From Myxococcota bacterium (GTDB lineage: Bacteria > Myxococcota > Myxococcia > Myxococcales > Myxococcaceae): a stretch of 53,477 nt of DNA. Under the pieces are notes generated by a model. The model made no database searches. It saw nothing but the letters and a program-made list of their open reading frames with translations, and was not told the DNA's origin. Where the stretch lies: assembly GCA_049322255.1 (NCBI GenBank), contig JBMORE010000183.1:1-53477 (forward strand). The letters run 5' to 3'. Made by a program: the position numbers and the translations under genes. Below, piece after piece: positions 29,496 to 38,596 of the stretch; the stretch's first letter is position 1, and each line of letters opens with the position of its first letter.

Positions 29496-30272
29496 GTGCA
29501 GACCCAGCTATTCGTCGAAGACCGGGCGGCGGTCCGCGTCCTCACCGTGTCAAACCCGGTCAAGGCCAACGCGCTCGACGCGCGGCTGCTGAAGATGCTC
29601 GAAGAGGCCATCGCTCCCGGGGCGACCGGCCATGTCCGCGCGTTCGTGGTGAAGGCCGACGGCGGCCAGGCGTTTTGCGCCGGCTGGGACTTGGAAAGCC
29701 TGGAGCCACCGGGAGAGGGGCCCCTCCCCGACGAGCGGCTCTCGCAGGTGATGTCCACGCTCGCCGCGCACCCCGCGCCCAGCGTGGCGTTGGTGAACGC
29801 GGGGGCCTTCGGTGCTGGCTGCGAGCTGGCCATCTCGTGCGACTTTCGCGTGGGCGGCCCCCGCGCGCTCTTCTGCATGCCTCCAGCGCGGCTGGGGGTC
29901 GTCTACGCGCCCCAAGGGTTGAGCCGCTTGAGCGCGCTGGCTGGGTTCTCCACCGCGAAACGGATGTTTCTCACCGGCCGTGCGCTTTCGGCGGAAGGCG
30001 CGCTCCGCGCCGGGCTGCTCGACGAGCTGCACCCCACCGAGGAGGAGGCGACGAGCGCTGCCTTCGCTCTCGCCGACGAGCTGGCGAAGAATGCTCCGCT
30101 GGCGGTGGCGGGGATGAAGCGCGCCTTCGGCATGCTGACGGCGGCGAGGCTCACCGAGAAAGAGCAGGCCGAGCTTCAGCGTCTGCGGCGGGCGGCGTTC
30201 AACAGTGCCGATGCCAAAGAGGGTAGGGCGGCCTTTTTGGAGAAGCGGGCCCCGCGGTTTTTGGGGAGCTAA
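29496..30272 (+). CDS. Enoyl-CoA hydratase/isomerase family protein
   Basis: FCAGWDL, GAGCELAISCDFR and EGRAAFLEKR crotonase motifs. Confidence 0.92.
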   Translation: MQTQLFVEDRAAVRVLTVSNPVKANALDARLLKMLEEAIAPGATGHVRAFVVKADGGQAFCAGWDLESLEPPGEGPLPDERLSQVMSTLAAHPAPSVALVNAGAFGAGCELAISCDFRVGGPRALFCMPPARLGVVYAPQGLSRLSALAGFSTAKRMFLTGRALSAEGALRAGLLDELHPTEEEATSAAFALADELAKNAPLAVAGMKRAFGMLTAARLTEKEQAELQRLRRAAFNSADAKEGRAAFLEKRAPRFLGS

Positions 30273-30276
30273 TCGG

Positions 30277-30309
30277 CCCCTCACCCCCAACCTCTCCCAA
30301 GGGAGAGGG
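30277..30309. repeat. Palindromic element (33-bp variant) between convergent genes
   Basis: CCCCTCACCCccaaCCTCTCCCaaGGGAGAGGG; the only fully intergenic copy; possible terminator role. Confidence 0.85.
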
Positions 30310-30312
30310 GGT

Positions 30313-30906
30313 TCAAGCGCCGCCGAACAGCTCGCTCATGCGCAGGCGCAGCGCGGAGGCGATTTTGTACAGCGAGGAGATGGACGCCGAGCTCTCCGCC
30401 CGCTCGATCTGAGAGAGCAGCGACACCGACAGCCCGGTGCGGCGCGCCAGCTGCTTCAAGGTCAGCTCTTGGGTCTTGCGTGCCTCGCGAATCGTCTGTC
30501 CGATCGCCCGGTGCAGCTCGGCCTCCGGGTCTTTGGAGAGGCCCTTCTTGGCCAAGGCGTTCTTCACCGTCTCCAGGAAATCAGCGGGCTCGATCGGCTT
30601 TTTCACGTAGTCCGATGCCTGGGCCTTGAGGCTGGCCACGGCGGTGTCCACGTTCGGGTAGGCGGTGGAGACGATCACCGCGACGTCCGAGTCGATCTTG
30701 CGAATCTGCGACAGCACCTCGGTGCCGCTCATCTGCGGCATCATCATGTCCAACACCACCAGGTGGTAGTCGGCCCCTCGCAGCGTTTCCACCGTTCGGG
30801 TCGGGTCGGTGAGCGTGTCGACCTCGTACCCCTCTTTGGTGAGGAGCAACTTCAAGTAGTCGCAGTTGTCCTGTTCGTCGTCGACAACCAGGATGCGAAT
30901 CTGCAC
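30313..30906 (-). CDS. digR: Response regulator with C-terminal XRE-type HTH (DigR-like)
   Basis: Receiver (VVDDE, LDMMMP, YVKKP) plus LTLKQLARRTGLSVSLLSQIER. Architecture and position near ftsZ match Myxococcus DigR as I recall it; orthology is unverified. Confidence 0.8.
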   Translation of the reverse strand: MQIRILVVDDEQDNCDYLKLLLTKEGYEVDTLTDPTRTVETLRGADYHLVVLDMMMPQMSGTEVLSQIRKIDSDVAVIVSTAYPNVDTAVASLKAQASDYVKKPIEPADFLETVKNALAKKGLSKDPEAELHRAIGQTIREARKTQELTLKQLARRTGLSVSLLSQIERAESSASISSLYKIASALRLRMSELFGGA

Positions 30907-30959
30907 GAACGCCTCCGGTCAGCGGCGACAAGGCGTACCACAACCCTCGCCGCGGCCAA

Positions 30960-32771
30960 CTACTTCTTCGTCGATTCGTACGTCTCTAAAATCCCCCGCA
31001 CTTTGTCGGCCGCCTTGTCGTTGGGGGCCAGCTTGAGGAAGGTACGGTAGTGCGCGGCGCCCTTTTCGGGCTCTCGCAGCATGGTTCCGTACACCAGGCC
31101 GAGCATCATGTGGCAGTGCGCGTACGTGGAGTCGACCTTGAGGCACTTTTCCAGCACCGTGCGTGCCTCTCGTGCCTGCGAAGCCCTGACCAAGGCGACT
31201 CCGTCGTCGAACAGGCGCTTCGCCTCCTGGGCCGGAGAGGGCGCCTGTGGCTCCGGAGGCGGCTTGGGCGCGGGCCTTTTCGCCGTCGCCACGTTTCCCA
31301 AGGGGCCGCGCTCGAGCTCGGCCGTCAGCTCGTCGAAGCGCCGGCGCAAGAGGGTGGTTGGCGCGGCTTCGTCCAAAAACCGCTTGGCGCGATCGAGCTT
31401 GCCGCTGGCAATCAGCTTCTCGGCGCGGTCGAGGTTCTTCTTGAAGCTCTCCTCGCTCTTCATTTGCGCAAGGAGCGACTCCGCCTCGGGGTGAAGGGCG
31501 CCGTCGTTCAGCTTCAACGAGCCCAGAATCTCCCTGGCCTTGTCCCACTCGAGCTCGTCGATGGCAGCACGGGCGTCGGTGAGCTCCTTGTCGAACGAGG
31601 GCGCCTCCACCGCCGAGGGCTTTTCGGGGACCTCCGGGGGAACCGCTTCGGCAGTTGCCGTGCGCTCCGGCTCAGGCGCCACGGGAGCGGCCTCGACGGG
31701 GGGTGCAGCGGCTTCCGGTGTCGCCTCGGAGGGGATGCTCGACCCCATTTGCAGGTACCAATAACCCCCCGCTCCCAGGACGAGCACCACGAGGCTCGCT
31801 GCCGCGAAGAGCGGAAGCCTCGAGCTCTTCGTCCTCGAGCGCGCGCCGGGTACGTCGAAGACCTCTCCCGCTGCCACGAACCGCACCTTCACGTGCCCCA
31901 GCTCGATCACATCTCCGCTCTGCAGCGCGGCCTGGGCGTACGGTTCACCGTTGACGGTCAGCCCGTTGGCCGACTGCTGGTCCACCACCCGCCACTCTCC
32001 GTCGTCTTCGCGGACGATCGTCGCGTGGGTGCGGGAGAGCGAGCGGTGGTCGAGGGTGATGTCGTTTTCCTCGGTGCGCCCGATCGTGAGCTCGGTGCGA
32101 ATGCAAGCGAATTGGCGGCCCGCGAGCTCGGTGTTGAGCACCACCAGGCGTGGGGCCTCTTCCGGCTCGAGGTCAGCGACCGGGCGCGTACGGTTTCTCT
32201 CGACTTGATCGACCCGGATGACCGAGGTCGACTGTCTGCGGGGGGGCGGAGGGTTGATCTCGGGCGCCGTGTGCACGTCCTCGGGAGAAACCTCCTCCGG
32301 CTCGTCGTCGTCGACCAGGGTGGCGGCGAAGGCGCTGGCGGCGGAGGGGTCGACCGCCTTGGGATGGCTGGGCTGGGTGGGTGGTCCGTCCTGTGCTCGC
32401 TCGCCGTTCATTTTCGTCGACGGAGAGGTGGTCTCCTCTCCCGACTCGTACATGGGTACCGGCGGGGGCGCCTGCTGAGGCTGATCGCTCTGAATCGCCA
32501 GGTCGTAGTCGCCGATCTGAATCAGATCGCCGTCGCGAACCTTCACTTGCCCGGAGATTTTCTCTCCGTTGATGCGAATGCCGTTGTAGCTGCCCAGGTC
32601 CTCGACCATCACGCTGCCGTTGGCGCGAACCAGGCGGGCGTGGCGGCGGGACACGTTGCGCTCGGTCAGGCGGATGGTGTTTCCCTCCTGCCGGCCGATG
32701 GTGATCTCTTCACGAACGAAAGGGACGACCGTCTTGCGGCCCTCGTCGTCTTCGATGATCAACTTGAACAC
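30960..32771 (-). CDS. Double-FHA, TM, TPR domain protein
   Basis: Two FHA motifs (IGR...SRRH...SYNG; IGR...SRTH...SANG), Pro-rich linker, TM, C-terminal TPR. Confidence 0.9.
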   Translation of the reverse strand: MFKLIIEDDEGRKTVVPFVREEITIGRQEGNTIRLTERNVSRRHARLVRANGSVMVEDLGSYNGIRINGEKISGQVKVRDGDLIQIGDYDLAIQSDQPQQAPPPVPMYESGEETTSPSTKMNGERAQDGPPTQPSHPKAVDPSAASAFAATLVDDDEPEEVSPEDVHTAPEINPPPPRRQSTSVIRVDQVERNRTRPVADLEPEEAPRLVVLNTELAGRQFACIRTELTIGRTEENDITLDHRSLSRTHATIVREDDGEWRVVDQQSANGLTVNGEPYAQAALQSGDVIELGHVKVRFVAAGEVFDVPGARSRTKSSRLPLFAAASLVVLVLGAGGYWYLQMGSSIPSEATPEAAAPPVEAAPVAPEPERTATAEAVPPEVPEKPSAVEAPSFDKELTDARAAIDELEWDKAREILGSLKLNDGALHPEAESLLAQMKSEESFKKNLDRAEKLIASGKLDRAKRFLDEAAPTTLLRRRFDELTAELERGPLGNVATAKRPAPKPPPEPQAPSPAQEAKRLFDDGVALVRASQAREARTVLEKCLKVDSTYAHCHMMLGLVYGTMLREPEKGAAHYRTFLKLAPNDKAADKVRGILETYESTKK

Positions 32772-32907
32772 GCCAAGGAAAGTCTATAGCACCGCGCGAC
32801 CACTACCCACAACCCATCCCCCTTGAATAACAGGGGAAATCAGCGTTCATCGCTGAAGGGCGCGCTGGTGGGCGCCGCTTCGACCGCGTTGGGTTAACAA
32901 TGTCGCC

Positions 32908-34662
32908 GTGAGTCAGCCGCTGACGTTGCGCACCGAGACCGGGGACGAAGAAATCGATCTCTCCGAGTTCGAGGCGAGGGTCCGCCGGGGCGAGGTGTCT
33001 CCGCAAAGCTTGGTGCGCTTCCCCGCCGTCACCGGCGAGCACTTCGTTCCGGCGTGCGAGCTGAAGCTGTTTCAGGCGTTGCACGAGCCTAAGCGGGCAC
33101 ACTTCGCCCGCGCGTTCGGGCTGGCCCGCTTCCCGTGGATCACCTCGGCGCTGCTGGTGGTGAACTTGGGGGTGTATGCCCTCTCGGTGCAAGACGGCCC
33201 GCTGGACATCGATGCGATGGTGCGCTTCGGCGGCAAGGTGGGCCCGCTCATCACCGACTTGGGCGAGGCGTGGCGGCTGTTCACCGCAAGCTTTCTCCAT
33301 CGCGATGCGCTGCACATCGGCTTGAACCTCTTCGTCCTCTTCAACGTCGGGGGGGCGCTGGAGAACGCCTACCGCGCGCTCGACTACCTCTGGCTGCTCG
33401 TCTTCTCCGGGCTGGCCACGTGGACCGTGTCGCTCTTCCTCTCCGAAGCGGTGAGCGTGGGAGCCTCGGGCATGGTGTTCGGTTGCCTGGGAGGAGTGGT
33501 GGTCTTCGGGCTCAAGTACCGCTCCATCCTTCCCGCTCGGTACCGCCGGGTGATGGGGGAGGCGGCCATTCCCACGGTGATCGGCCTGCTCCTCATCGGG
33601 TTCACCTCGCCGGGAGTGGACAACGGGGCGCACTTGGGAGGCCTGTGCGCGGGCATGGCCACCGCCCTCTTCATGCGTCCCAGGCTGCTCGCCGACCAAC
33701 CCCGAGCGTGGTGGGCACCCGCCTTGCGCGCGCTCCCCTCGCTGTTGGCGCTGTTCGCGGTGGTGTTCGGGCAGACGCTTCTTTCCGCGGAGCTGCCCTT
33801 GTTGCGCATCGAGCGCGACGACGACTACGGCATCTCGGTGCCGGTACCCCGCGACTGGCGGCGGGGCGCCAACCGGCTGGGGCAGCTGGCCTACTACAAC
33901 GGTCTGCCCGGGCTGGGCCGGGCCACCTTCGCCGCCGAGGCGGTGCAGATGAGCGACCCCGCAGCCGTCGCTCGCCGCTTCGTCGACGAAACCCTGCGTC
34001 CGCCTGCGCTGGGGCCCGAGGTGCTCACGGCCACCGCCGGCCCGGCCGAGCCCGCGCGTGTCGCCGAGCGTGACGGTCTTCTCGTGCGCGCTTCCTTCGA
34101 GGAGCCCTTCGGCACCACCCACCTGGTGGCCTACTTCGTCCCGCGGGGCGAGCTGGTGTACCAGCTGGTGTTCAGCTATCCGGCGGCCTTTCCCCGCTAT
34201 GCGCACGTGGTGGAGCAGATGGTGGCGGGCATTCGCTTCGAGGAGCCCAAGACCTTGCGCCAGGCGCGCGCGCAAGCCTTGCTCTTTCCCAACGCGCCAT
34301 GGGCGCTCGGGCTTCTGGGAGAGCGTTTGCGCCGGGTGGGCGAACCCTTCATCGCCGTGGAGGCGTTGCGCTCGGCGGTGCAAAAAGAGCCGTCCGACGC
34401 GGCCTTGCGCACCGAGCTGGCGCTGGCGCTGCTGCAGGCAGGACAGGTAGAGGAAGGGTGCACCGCGGCGGAGGCGGCGGTGTTGTACGCCCCCGCCTCT
34501 CCTTCTGCGCTGGAGGTGGAGGCCCGCTGCGAGCTGGCGCGCGGAAACCCGCTGAAGGCGCTGGGGCGGCTGCGGCAGGCGCTGACGCTCGCCCCCGCCG
34601 ACGAACGGCTCCAACGCGCGGAGGCCGAGCTGCGCGCCACCACCGAGCGGTTGAACCGGTAG
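32908..34662 (+). CDS. Rhomboid intramembrane serine protease with C-terminal TPR
   Basis: WRLFTASFLH, HIGLN, GASG (catalytic Ser) and AHLGG (catalytic His); TPR-like helices at the C-terminus. Confidence 0.9.
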   Translation: MSQPLTLRTETGDEEIDLSEFEARVRRGEVSPQSLVRFPAVTGEHFVPACELKLFQALHEPKRAHFARAFGLARFPWITSALLVVNLGVYALSVQDGPLDIDAMVRFGGKVGPLITDLGEAWRLFTASFLHRDALHIGLNLFVLFNVGGALENAYRALDYLWLLVFSGLATWTVSLFLSEAVSVGASGMVFGCLGGVVVFGLKYRSILPARYRRVMGEAAIPTVIGLLLIGFTSPGVDNGAHLGGLCAGMATALFMRPRLLADQPRAWWAPALRALPSLLALFAVVFGQTLLSAELPLLRIERDDDYGISVPVPRDWRRGANRLGQLAYYNGLPGLGRATFAAEAVQMSDPAAVARRFVDETLRPPALGPEVLTATAGPAEPARVAERDGLLVRASFEEPFGTTHLVAYFVPRGELVYQLVFSYPAAFPRYAHVVEQMVAGIRFEEPKTLRQARAQALLFPNAPWALGLLGERLRRVGEPFIAVEALRSAVQKEPSDAALRTELALALLQAGQVEEGCTAAEAAVLYAPASPSALEVEARCELARGNPLKALGRLRQALTLAPADERLQRAEAELRATTERLNR

Positions 34663-34672
34663 ACTCGAGGGA

Positions 34673-35446
34673 ATGATGACTCGACACCGATGCAGCTTCG
34701 CCGCCGTTGGCTTGCTCCTTTTCGCCTCCAGCGCGCGGGCGGAGGAAACCGCGGCGGAGATTTCCCGCAAGGCGCGCGAGCGGGGCGCGCTCAACCTCGT
34801 CGGTCTCACTGCGAAGCTGAAGCTGGTCACCACCTCCAAGGACGGGAAGGTGAAGGAGCAGGAGCTCACCACCTCCTCGAAGAAGATCGGCGAGCGGGCG
34901 CACACCCTCTCGCGCTTCGTAAAGCCCGCGGGGGTGGCCGGGGTGGCGGTGCTCACCGTCGAGGGAAAAGGCGAGGCCGGTGACGACATCTCCCTCTATC
35001 TGCCCAGGCTTCGGCGGGTGCGAAAGGTGGCCACGAGCGAACGAGGCAAGGCGTTCATGGACACCGACTTCAGCTACTCCGACTTGGGCAGCGCCGGCGC
35101 TCGCGATGAAGACGTACGGCGCTTGGAAGACCAGAAGGTCGACGGTCGCGAGGCCTACGTGCTCCAAGGCAACGGGGGCGAAGCCTCACCTTACGGCCAG
35201 GTGGTCCTCTACGTGGACAAGGAGACTTACGTGCCGCTCAAGGCCGAGTACGCCGACAAGGGCGGCAAGCCCTTCAAGGCATACCGTTCGCTTCGGCTCA
35301 AGAAGTTCAAGGATCGCGTGCTGGCCGCCGAGTCGAGCATGGAAAACCTCCAGACCGGCTCGAAGACCACCGTGCACGTTCTCGAGCTTTCGCCCTGCGC
35401 GCTGGGTGACGAGGCCTTCAGCGAGCGGGCACTGGAGCGAGGGTGA
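34673..35446 (+). CDS. Outer-membrane lipoprotein-sorting (LolA-like) protein
   Basis: Signal peptide; LYLPRLRRVRK...FMDTDFSYSDL; FSERAL tail typical of this family. Confidence 0.8.
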   Translation: MMTRHRCSFAAVGLLLFASSARAEETAAEISRKARERGALNLVGLTAKLKLVTTSKDGKVKEQELTTSSKKIGERAHTLSRFVKPAGVAGVAVLTVEGKGEAGDDISLYLPRLRRVRKVATSERGKAFMDTDFSYSDLGSAGARDEDVRRLEDQKVDGREAYVLQGNGGEASPYGQVVLYVDKETYVPLKAEYADKGGKPFKAYRSLRLKKFKDRVLAAESSMENLQTGSKTTVHVLELSPCALGDEAFSERALERG

Positions 35447-36900
35447 AGCGGAGCTTTTTCGCCGCGGTCTGGCTGTCCTTGCCCGCCTTTGCCCAGGAGA
35501 CGATCGACGCCTTCGAGGCGCCTCCTCCCGGCCCCGCGGTCAGCGTCATCGGGTGGGCTGGAGCGCACGCCGGCGTCGACACCCGCTTCGAGTCGGCGGA
35601 GCCAGAGGGGCTCTCCGAGAACGTAGGCGAGCTCTCCGGCCGCGCGCGCTTGGCCATCGACGGCAAGCTCTCCGAACGGGTGCGGCTTTTGGTGGAGGGC
35701 AGGGCGTGGTGGCGGGGGGTGACTCAGCGGAGCTTTGCGCGCTCCAAGGGGGTCTTCGAGGCCTCGCTGGGAGAGGCGTTCGTCGACCTCTACAGCCCGC
35801 GGGTGGATTGGCGGCTGGGGAACCAAGTGGTGGCCTTCGGCGCGAATGCGGCGTTTGCTCCTGCAGATGGGCTCAACCCCCGCGACCTGCGCCAGGGTTT
35901 TTTTGCCGCAGAGCTCGCCGAGGCCAAGCTGCCTGTGTTCGGTGCGCGTGCCAGCACAGAGGTGGGCAGGGTGAGCCTCACCGCCGCCTACTTCCCCTTC
36001 TTCACCCCCAGCCGCTACACCGTCTTCGGGCAAGATGAAGCCCTCTTGCAGCCGGGGTTGGGGCCGGCGTTTCCTACGCGCATCGACGCGTCGATTGAGG
36101 ACGCGCTCCAGCCGCACCTGCTCGAGACCGAGCGGCCGCGCGGCTTTCCCTGGCTGGGGGACGTAGGGCTGCGCGCCACCACTGAAGTGGGCCGCTTTCG
36201 TGTAGGTGGCTCTTGGTTGTGGATGAACGAGAAGCTGCCGCGGGTGACGCTCGACCCCGAGCTGGCGGCGCTCCTCTCTGCCCACGCTCGCGGCGAGCCG
36301 GTCAGCCCCGCGGTGGCGCTCTCGGTGCAGAACCGCTTCGCTGCCGGCGAGAGGCTGGTGCAAGGGCGCTACGCGCGTACCCACGTGCTGTCGCTGGAAG
36401 CCTCGACTCTGTGGAAAACGGCGCAGCTCGACGCCGACTTTTCCTACTCGCCCGGGCAGACCTTCTTCGATCTGGACTTCAACCCGGTGACGAAGAGCGC
36501 GCTCACTTGGGTCTTGGGAGTGAGCCAAGCCGAGGACTCGCCGCTTCTGTACGCGCTGACCTACGTGGGCATGGCGGTGCCCGACGTCGAGGCGCGCGAG
36601 CTGCTCTTTCTCCTCGAGCCCACCACCGCGCAAGGGGCCAGCCGCGTCGCCTGGCTGCACCTCGTCGTCGGCCAGGTGAGCTACCGCACTTTTTCGGACC
36701 AGCTCGAGCTGTCCGTGCGGGCAGGGTTCGAGCCGATTCAGCGCTCCTTCGCGGTGGCGCCGAAGATGACCTACCTGGGGGTGGGCCGGGCGCGGCTGTG
36801 GCTGGCCGCCGAGGTCTACCAAGGCGCGGACTTGAGCCCCTTCGGGTATTTCGGCCGCAACGACCGGGTGCTCGCCGGTGTCGAGGTCGACTTGTTCTGA
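35443..36900 (+). CDS. Putative outer-membrane beta-barrel (DUF1302-like)
   Basis: Signal peptide; EAFVD..WRLGNQVVAFG..DGLNPRD; terminal Phe; adjacent to the LolA-like gene. Confidence 0.7.
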   Translation: MKRSFFAAVWLSLPAFAQETIDAFEAPPPGPAVSVIGWAGAHAGVDTRFESAEPEGLSENVGELSGRARLAIDGKLSERVRLLVEGRAWWRGVTQRSFARSKGVFEASLGEAFVDLYSPRVDWRLGNQVVAFGANAAFAPADGLNPRDLRQGFFAAELAEAKLPVFGARASTEVGRVSLTAAYFPFFTPSRYTVFGQDEALLQPGLGPAFPTRIDASIEDALQPHLLETERPRGFPWLGDVGLRATTEVGRFRVGGSWLWMNEKLPRVTLDPELAALLSAHARGEPVSPAVALSVQNRFAAGERLVQGRYARTHVLSLEASTLWKTAQLDADFSYSPGQTFFDLDFNPVTKSALTWVLGVSQAEDSPLLYALTYVGMAVPDVEARELLFLLEPTTAQGASRVAWLHLVVGQVSYRTFSDQLELSVRAGFEPIQRSFAVAPKMTYLGVGRARLWLAAEVYQGADLSPFGYFGRNDRVLAGVEVDLF

Positions 36901-36923
36901 CGACGCATCACGCATCAGCTCGC

Positions 36924-36952
36924 TTGACATCAGATGTCAGAATGCCTAACCC
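36924..36952 (+). promoter_or_regulatory. TA promoter/operator
   Basis: TTGACA-N17-TAACCC-N6-ATG; palindrome TGACATC-A-GATGTCA (36925-36939) overlapping -35. Confidence 0.65.
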
Positions 36953-36958
36953 TGAGGT

Positions 36959-37219
36959 ATGGCGCGGACGACTGTCGACATCGACGCTCCTGTCCTCAGA
37001 GACCTCAAACGGCTTCAGAAAGCCGAAGGTAAGCCGCTGGGCAGGCTCGTGAGCGAGCTTTTGGTCAGGGCGTTGGCCGAACGCCGAAAAGGTTTAGGTC
37101 GGCCGCCGACCTTCCGCTGGGTTTCCAAAGACATGGGGCAACCGCGTGTTGATCTTCGGGACAAGGAACAAGTGTGGGCGCTCCTCGACGCCCAAGCGGG
37201 CTGGAGGTCCAAGCCCTGA
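36959..37219 (+). CDS. VapB-like antitoxin
   Basis: MARTTVDID...LGRLVSELL RHH-type; VDLRDKE tail; precedes a PIN gene. Confidence 0.85.
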   Translation: MARTTVDIDAPVLRDLKRLQKAEGKPLGRLVSELLVRALAERRKGLGRPPTFRWVSKDMGQPRVDLRDKEQVWALLDAQAGWRSKP

Positions 37220-37653
37220 GCTTCGCTATCGACGCGAACATTCTGCTCCACGCCTCGAACTCCGCCAGCGCGGAGCACCCGCTCGCGGTGGAGTTTTTGG
37301 AGAGCGTGGCCCAGAAGAACGAGGTCGTCTGTTTTGCCTGGACCACGCTGATGTCTTTTTTGCGCATCAGCACCAACCCGGCGATTTTCCCCGCGCCCCT
37401 CACCGTCGAGGCCGCCGAGGCAAATGTGGCTGCGCTCCTCTCATTGACGCACGCGCGCCTGCTGGTGGAGCAAGACGGCTTCTGGGAGGTTTACCGCGAG
37501 GTCAGCCGGGACGTGCGGCCGCGCGGCAACCTCGTTCCCGACACTCACCTCGCTGCGCTCCTCAAACACAGCGGCGTTCGGGTTCTGTACACCAACGACG
37601 CCGACTTCCGTCGCTTTGAATTCCTCGAGCTGCGAAACCCCCTCGCCGGCTGA
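37216..37653 (+). CDS. vapC: VapC-family PIN ribonuclease toxin, probable CTG start
   Basis: SFAIDANILL...FLRISTNP...NLVPDTHLAAL...TNDADFRRF; GGAGG SD 8 nt before CTG. Confidence 0.88.
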   Translation: MSFAIDANILLHASNSASAEHPLAVEFLESVAQKNEVVCFAWTTLMSFLRISTNPAIFPAPLTVEAAEANVAALLSLTHARLLVEQDGFWEVYREVSRDVRPRGNLVPDTHLAALLKHSGVRVLYTNDADFRRFEFLELRNPLAG

Positions 37654-37656
37654 AGT

Positions 37657-38532
37657 CTAAGGTCTGGGCTTGAATCGCTGCTCCGGGCCGCTGGGCGCGT
37701 AGAATTGCACCGCCTCGAAGGGTGTCGTCGACGTCACTTTGAATGCATGCGGTTGTGCAGGCGGCATGTGCACTGCGTGTCCTGGTTTCACCGTGAGGGT
37801 CTTGCCGCTCGCGGTCAGCTCTCCCTCGCCCGCCAGCACGTAAAGAATTTCCGCTTCGCCGCCGTGGACATGCTCGGGCACCGCCATGCCGCTGTTTGCG
37901 GTGAGGCGGCCGGCGTAGGCGGCTTTCCCCTCGAGGAGGATGCGCACCGAGCCTTGGCCGGCCCCGATGACGTAACTCTTCGCCGCGCTCGCCTTCATCA
38001 CCGTGGGCAGAGGCGCGCCTGCGGGCGTTTTGCGCACCTCGACCAAAGAGGCCGCCACGCCCTTCGGCGGCGTTTCCTCCTCCGCGGGCGCATGGAGCGT
38101 GAGCACCTTCGTGGGCTGGCGTGCGGTGCCCAAGAGCCACACCGAGTGCGCGGCTTGGGCAGGAACGAGGGCAGCATCGCCTGGCCCGAGGTCGATCCAC
38201 TTGCGTGGCAACCCCCGCACCCGTGCTTTCCCCTCCACCACGTACACCAGCTCAGCGGCGTCATGGCGATGGGGAAACTCCTCCACGTGCGAGCTCGCCG
38301 AAAAGAGCACCAGCGACGCCTTTTGCGCGCCCGCGTGGGTTCGGTCGACCAGCACGTGCACCTGGGCGCCAGCGCCGTGCGGCAAGATCGACACCGGCTG
38401 CTCGAAGACGAACGGGTAGGCCCACGGTGCGGGTGGGGCGGCGCGCTCGGCGGGGACGGAGCCCGCGTCTGCTTCATCTTGCGCATGCGCTGCCGCCGAC
38501 AGCACGAGTACCGCGAGCAAGAGCGTTCTCAT
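37657..38532 (-). CDS. Secreted double-cupin protein
   Basis: Signal peptide; PHRH..ELVYVVEG and PEHVH..EILYVLAG cupin motifs. Confidence 0.85.
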   Translation of the reverse strand: MRTLLLAVLVLSAAAHAQDEADAGSVPAERAAPPAPWAYPFVFEQPVSILPHGAGAQVHVLVDRTHAGAQKASLVLFSASSHVEEFPHRHDAAELVYVVEGKARVRGLPRKWIDLGPGDAALVPAQAAHSVWLLGTARQPTKVLTLHAPAEEETPPKGVAASLVEVRKTPAGAPLPTVMKASAAKSYVIGAGQGSVRILLEGKAAYAGRLTANSGMAVPEHVHGGEAEILYVLAGEGELTASGKTLTVKPGHAVHMPPAQPHAFKVTSTTPFEAVQFYAPSGPEQRFKPRP

Positions 38533-38596
38533 GGCTGTTCACCTACCACGTCCTGCATTGAAGCTTCTCTTCGATGCGCGATAAAACGCGACCTCC

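Noticed and set aside
32818..32836. CCCCTTGAATAACAGGGG imperfect inverted repeat in the FHA/rhomboid spacer
   Set aside because: Single short occurrence; cannot be distinguished from chance.
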